Origin: Podarcis gaigeae
Taxonomy: Eukaryota
Strand: one strand, 5' to 3'
NCBI GenBank assembly: GCA_964106915.2
Contig: OZ066925.1
DNA: 64,000 nucleotides
Shown: positions 59,101 to 64,000 of the stretch, one piece after another
Layout: the number at the start of each line of letters is the position of its first letter
How positions within the stretch are numbered: position 1 is the stretch's first letter
The notes under the pieces: generated by a model
The model's input: the letters and a program-made list of their open reading frames with translations, nothing else
Told to the model about the DNA's origin: nothing
The model's database searches: none
Translations under genes and position numbers: made by a program

Positions 59101-62100
59101 AGCATAAAGCTGTTTTCTTCCTTTGCACTGACCAAAAATGCAGTTAATTTTAGGACTGCTTGGGGTTTTCTTCGCTGATTCTGGACATAACAGAATGGGC
59201 AGATAAGTACAATTGGTAAAGAAGTGGATCATTATAATGCTTTCTGTTTTGCATCTCAGCTGAAAATAAAGACCTGTTTTCCTATTTGGAGTATCTTGCA
59301 AGGTTTTTCTGAAGGCGTTCTCCACTTCTTCTTGAGGAGAATGGACACTTTTACACGACCATTTTAATCGTTTAGTACTTTTTCATAGTACCTACAGGTG
59401 TGTTTGGTGCTTTTGACAAATGATGCAATATACATGTTCCTGTCCACAGTAGCTTGCAAAAAGAGATGGAACAAGGATGTGGGGATAGGACAGGTGGGAG
59501 GGAAGGAACAGAGCACAGGGATATGCATACAAATAATTATAGTTCCAAATTTAAATTTGAAATGGAAGCACAATAGTAAGTTGCAGGATATATTATTGAG
59601 TTATATGTTAAATTATAAGAACTCTCTGAAGAGTGGACGAAGAGGGAGAAGATTTAGGTGGAAAAGGGAAGCAAAAAGATGCACCTTTTTTTCTATGCTT
59701 CTTAAGAGAGGAAGAGTGACAAATGTGTCCAGGAAGACCATTCCAGACGTAGGGGAAAGGAAGAGATAACGGACAACAAATCAAAAGAGAATGGTCAGGA
59801 GGAGCCAAACTCTTGAACGCCTCAAAAACTAAAACTAAAAGCAGAATATGAAGGGGGAAATTAAAGATCCAGTTAAGAGGTCAAAAGAGAAAAGTAATAT
59901 GATCATAATGAATTCCAGAGGGGTAGCTGTCTTAAGCTGTAGGTAGCAAATAAATAAATAAAAGCCCCACAACACTGTTTTTTATATTGTGGCATAAACC
60001 TTTGTGGACTGAAGAGTGGGGCCATGAAATGCACAGGAAATCAGCAAGTCTGTCAGAGCCCAATGTGTGACATAAGTTTTTCTTGCAAGGCTAATTTAGC
60101 ACCTAAGGCGAGACAAATAGTTTCAAAGTGCTTATGTGGTGTTCTAGTCTTGACTGGAAACAAATTTGTTGATTAAATTTTAGTCCAGTGTGAAATTGCA
60201 GCACCACTGTTTGCAATACATTTCCTCTGCCCCCATGCCCCCCTGTATGTGTATAATATACCTGCCAACAGAGATGTCCATGAAAGCCTATTCGAAAATA
60301 AATATGATCCAGCATAGTCCTGTGGGTGTTTGCTCAAAAGTAAGTCCCACTGAGTTAAGAGTGCATAGGATTGTTCCCTTCATGTGCAAGGTAGAGCGTT
60401 AGTTTGCTCAGAACCATTGGTGATCTGGACCAAGGTGGCAGAATTCTGGGATGAGAACAAAGGTTTGAGGCAAGCCAACAGCATGCCTCAAACATTGCAA
60501 TATGATAAAAATGATTAAAGACTGAGCCAATATCTTTGGACTAGAAGCAGAAAGAAAAAGGTAAATAGTAGGCTTTCTGAAAGCTACAACAACCTTGTCC
60601 TGGAAAAGGTAAGAAGAAAGGACGCAGAGTTTGAGAAATACATTATCTATGTTTCCCAGACACCAGGTTGTCCAGTTCCTGCATCTGCAAGTTCCTGCAA
60701 ATTTGTTAAAGCGATAACGCTGAATGCGGACACACCTTCTGCCTCAACTGACACAGTTACACACAGCAGTATGTTATCTGTTGTCCATTAAGTACCTTAG
60801 ATTGCCCCACCCACTGTTACTGTTGGTGTATTTTGAGCAATAAGGAAAGTCTACAACACCACTTTGTTTTTGGTTTTAGCAATGCAGTTTACAAAGCAGG
60901 AGTGGGAATCTATGGCCCTCCAGATCTTGTTGGAATCCGATTCCTATCATGCCCAAGCCATTGGCTCCACTGCCTGGTGCTGATGGCAATTGCAGTTCAA
61001 CACCTGGAGAGCCACAGGTTTCTCCCCACCACCGTCAACCTGCTATAAAGCGTCCCACTGTTTTCAGTTCTTGGCTGCATGGACCAATGGCCCTGGCAGT
61101 ATTAGCATTATATACAGTCAGACCATGGGTCCATCTTCTGATCTTCTGGGTTGCCTCTTCTGACCAGCAGCAGCTCTTCAAACATAGACAGGGATCCTTC
61201 CAGCCTCACTACCTTAGAAGGAGATGTGAGGAACTAAACCTGGAACTTGGTGCACGTAAAGCATGTCCTCTAGTGCTGAGCTGCAGGTCCTTCCCCAATA
61301 AAACAGTCCCAGCCTCTCTGCTCTTCACGTCCCGACTTTGCAAGGTCGTGTTTACAGAGCTATATGGACAAGACAAGGGAAAGAACATGATGCTTATACA
61401 CATCTCTCTTCGCAGGCTGCCTTTTATCTGCATTTGCCTACCTTAAATATCAACATTGTGACTTTGGAATTTTGTTATGAAGTTAAAAGCTTAAACGAAA
61501 AACTTGCTTCCCAGAGCAGCCAGAAATATTTGAACACTTAAAGGCTTTCTGTCTGTGATTCAGAGATTTATTTATAAGACTGCTGATTTTGGGACATCAA
61601 ACGTATACATTCAAACTGCAGGAATGAGTCACATTTGTAGGAGGTAATTACTACCAGAAAGTACATTCTAACTTTTGTCGGTTCCTCTTTAAAATGTCCA
61701 CTTAAGAGTGCCATGTTCTAAAAATAGCATTCTTTGTTATGCGCTCAGTAAAATCCAGCCTTACTGTATGCTGTGGTAATCTATGGAGGTTTAGCCCTGT
61801 GGTTAAGGGCATGTGGAGGCTTTACAGGAGGGCAAGTCCTGGACCATTTCAGGAGCGGCGGCCTGGTTAAAAATCACAAAAGCTAGTGCACCGATGCTGG
61901 TCTTTGTGGGCGCAGCTAACATTTGCAAACATGATACTTCTGCAGCACAAACCCTGGAAATGTTTTGCAATGCTCTTTGGCAGTTAGGGAATCCAAAAAT
62001 TATACGTGAGAGGGATTTCACAGTTGGAGGACATTCCAGGCATGCATGGTAACTTATCCTATAGCAAGGGTGGGGAACCTGTGGCCCTCCAAATTTATTA

Positions 62101-63468
62101 TTGGACTCCATCTCCCAGGCAGCATGGCCATCTGCCAGGAACGATGGGAGGTGTGGGCCAGCAACATCTGGTGGGACACAAGTTTCCCATCCCTGACTTA
62201 TAGTGCGTGGCTTTGGGATCACCCTCTATTGAAGGGCTGTGGCCTTCCAGATGCTGTTGGACTCCCATCAGATGTAGCCAGCATTGCCAGTGTTCACAGA
62301 ATGATGGGGGTTGTGGTCCAGCAACATCTGCTGCAGTTCTTGACACAGTACTTGGAGGATGCATTGGTTCCAGTCCCTGGCTTGGAGCTATTTTTGGCTC
62401 TTTTGTCCAGTCCTTTTCCTGCTCCAGAACTTCAGCTGTCTCAAATCCCCACCCTCCCAAGATTTATTCTTCAGCTCCCATGCGATCAGCCGCCCTTGCA
62501 AACACTGTTCCAAATGCCCAGTAGGACATTGCACTCCCAATGCGCTACTTTGCCCTTATCCTTTCTTAGTTCACTGGTGGCAAACTTGCCCTTCCAGCCT
62601 GGTTCTGCAGCATGAAGCCTCTTTGTTCAGTTTGTTGAAGCCCTGGCCAAGGCCCCGCCCTCTGTCTGAAGTCTGTCCTGCCCAGACTGGAAAGGGGGTG
62701 ATCTGTCAGCAATGCAGGATCACAATCTTCCGCTGCCTTGGAGTCTTCGGATTACTGATGACTTCATTGGATCTTTGAAGTCTTCTTCTTCTGGCAGATC
62801 AGGACTACCCTTCTCTCCTAGCAGCAGGAAAGGTGAGAATTAGCCAGCTCAGGAAAGGTGAGAATCGAGGGAGGTGGCTCTGTGCCGTGTCCAAAAGCAC
62901 AGGTCCCTGAAACCTGTCATTTCCAGGGGAGAAATGATTGCAGAGAGCTGGTAGGAGAGGCGAACCGGACAGCTAATTGTGCCAAAAGAAGACACTGGCT
63001 GGAAAGGTCCAATGAGTGTGTGCATGTGTTGTGCTCCTGCAGCTATCTGTGTTCATGCCACCTCTGGGTGTCCCCTCTCTCTGCAATTTCCCAATTAGCT
63101 GAGCAGCAGGAAAGAGAACTGCCCTCCAAAAACACAACACGTGATGTGTAATAATGCTCCTTTAGAGGAGTTTGTATCAGCATTACTACACATGTGTTGT
63201 GTTTTGGGCATGTGTGGTCTGCATGTGTGCAAGGGGGAATGTGGGGTGGCGATGCCCATTTTTGCTTAGGCCACACTTGTATGCACACCTCTGAGGGTTG
63301 GCTAAAAGGGAATGCAACCCTCTGGCCAAAAAAAGAGAGGTTAGTCCCAAGCCACCTGCTTTAGTTGTGCTATTGTTGCAAGAATTTCATTTACAGCACA
63401 AGCCTAGGCATCTATACTCTGAAGAGTAGGCCTTTCTCACTGATCAGTGGATATTGGATTGCAGCCTT

Positions 63469-63775
63469 CTGGGGTTGCGGCACTCATCTTGCTTTATTGG
63501 CCAAGGGAGCCGGCGTACAGCTTCTGGGTCATGTGGCCAGCATGACTAAGCCAGTTCTGGCAAACCAGTGCAGCGCACGGAAACGCTGTTTACCTTCCTG
63601 TCGGAGCGGCACCTATTTATCTACTTGCACTTTGATGTGCTTTTGACCTGCTAGGTGGGCAGGAGCAGGGACCGAGCAACGGGAGCTCACCCCATCGCAG
63701 GGATTCGAACTGCCGGCCTTCTGATCAGCAAGCCCTAGGCTCTGTAGTTTAACCCACAGTGCCACCCACGTTCCT
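63469..63775 (-). mobile_element. Sauria SINE, subfamily B, lacking the 3' tail
   Basis: Reverse complement of the 24062/32958 copies from the head to ...GCAACCCCAG. 14-bp TSD tggattgcagcctt at 63455-63468 and 63777-63790. Confidence 0.9.
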
Positions 63776-64000
63776 ATGGATTGCAGCCTTAGTTTAGCAC
63801 ATATCATTGCTGCCTTACTAGCCAGGAGAATTCTTCCATTTGCTTCTGCGGTTGTTTGTTACAGTTATTTTGCATTTGCGAGAATGATAGCATGGTGCAG
63901 TTCTGCATAAATGAATACAGGTTATGAATCAGCGTGGAATTGAGCCTAGTGCTGTCCTCTGCCTGTCACAACTTTATAAATTAATCTCCCCATGCAGGGG

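Noticed and set aside
61803-62778. Dense overlapping ORFs up to 189 aa
   Set aside because: Overlap two decayed palindromic MITEs; no protein motif or convincing exon structure.

Overview
Non-coding-dominated vertebrate DNA, most likely a squamate and probably a lacertid lizard (inferred from Sauria/Squam1 SINEs, a Squam3-like SINE and a BovB tail). The window is centred on the CpG-island promoter and first coding exon of ZEB1 on the minus strand (MADGPRCKRRKQANPRRNN, 29228-29171, donor G|GTCAGT). Bases 1-29170 are ZEB1 intron 1 (I did not find exon 2) and about 30-64 kb is upstream intergenic DNA. The rest is a patchwork of SINEs, TA-TSD (Tc1/mariner-pogo) and 8-bp-TSD (hAT) MITEs, decayed L1, RTE-X-like, CR1 and L2 LINEs, microsatellites and one 144-N gap. 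Almost all ORFs in the track are spurious. I found no new protein-coding system. The most interesting observations are: (1) a 45-nt exon-like cassette 2.2 kb into intron 1 ending ATTAAAG|GTAAGT; (2) six CCGTTA (OVOL/MYB-type) and about ten CAGGT(A/G) (ZEB-type) sites around exon 1; (3) a promoter block resembling the human ZEB1-AS1 5' region; (4) a very clean twin-priming L1 inversion; (5) a SINE with a fold-back 5' end and a tailless SINE, both with intact TSDs; (6) a perfect 58-bp hairpin MITE inside the intron. Comparisons with human sequence are from memory and need alignment.
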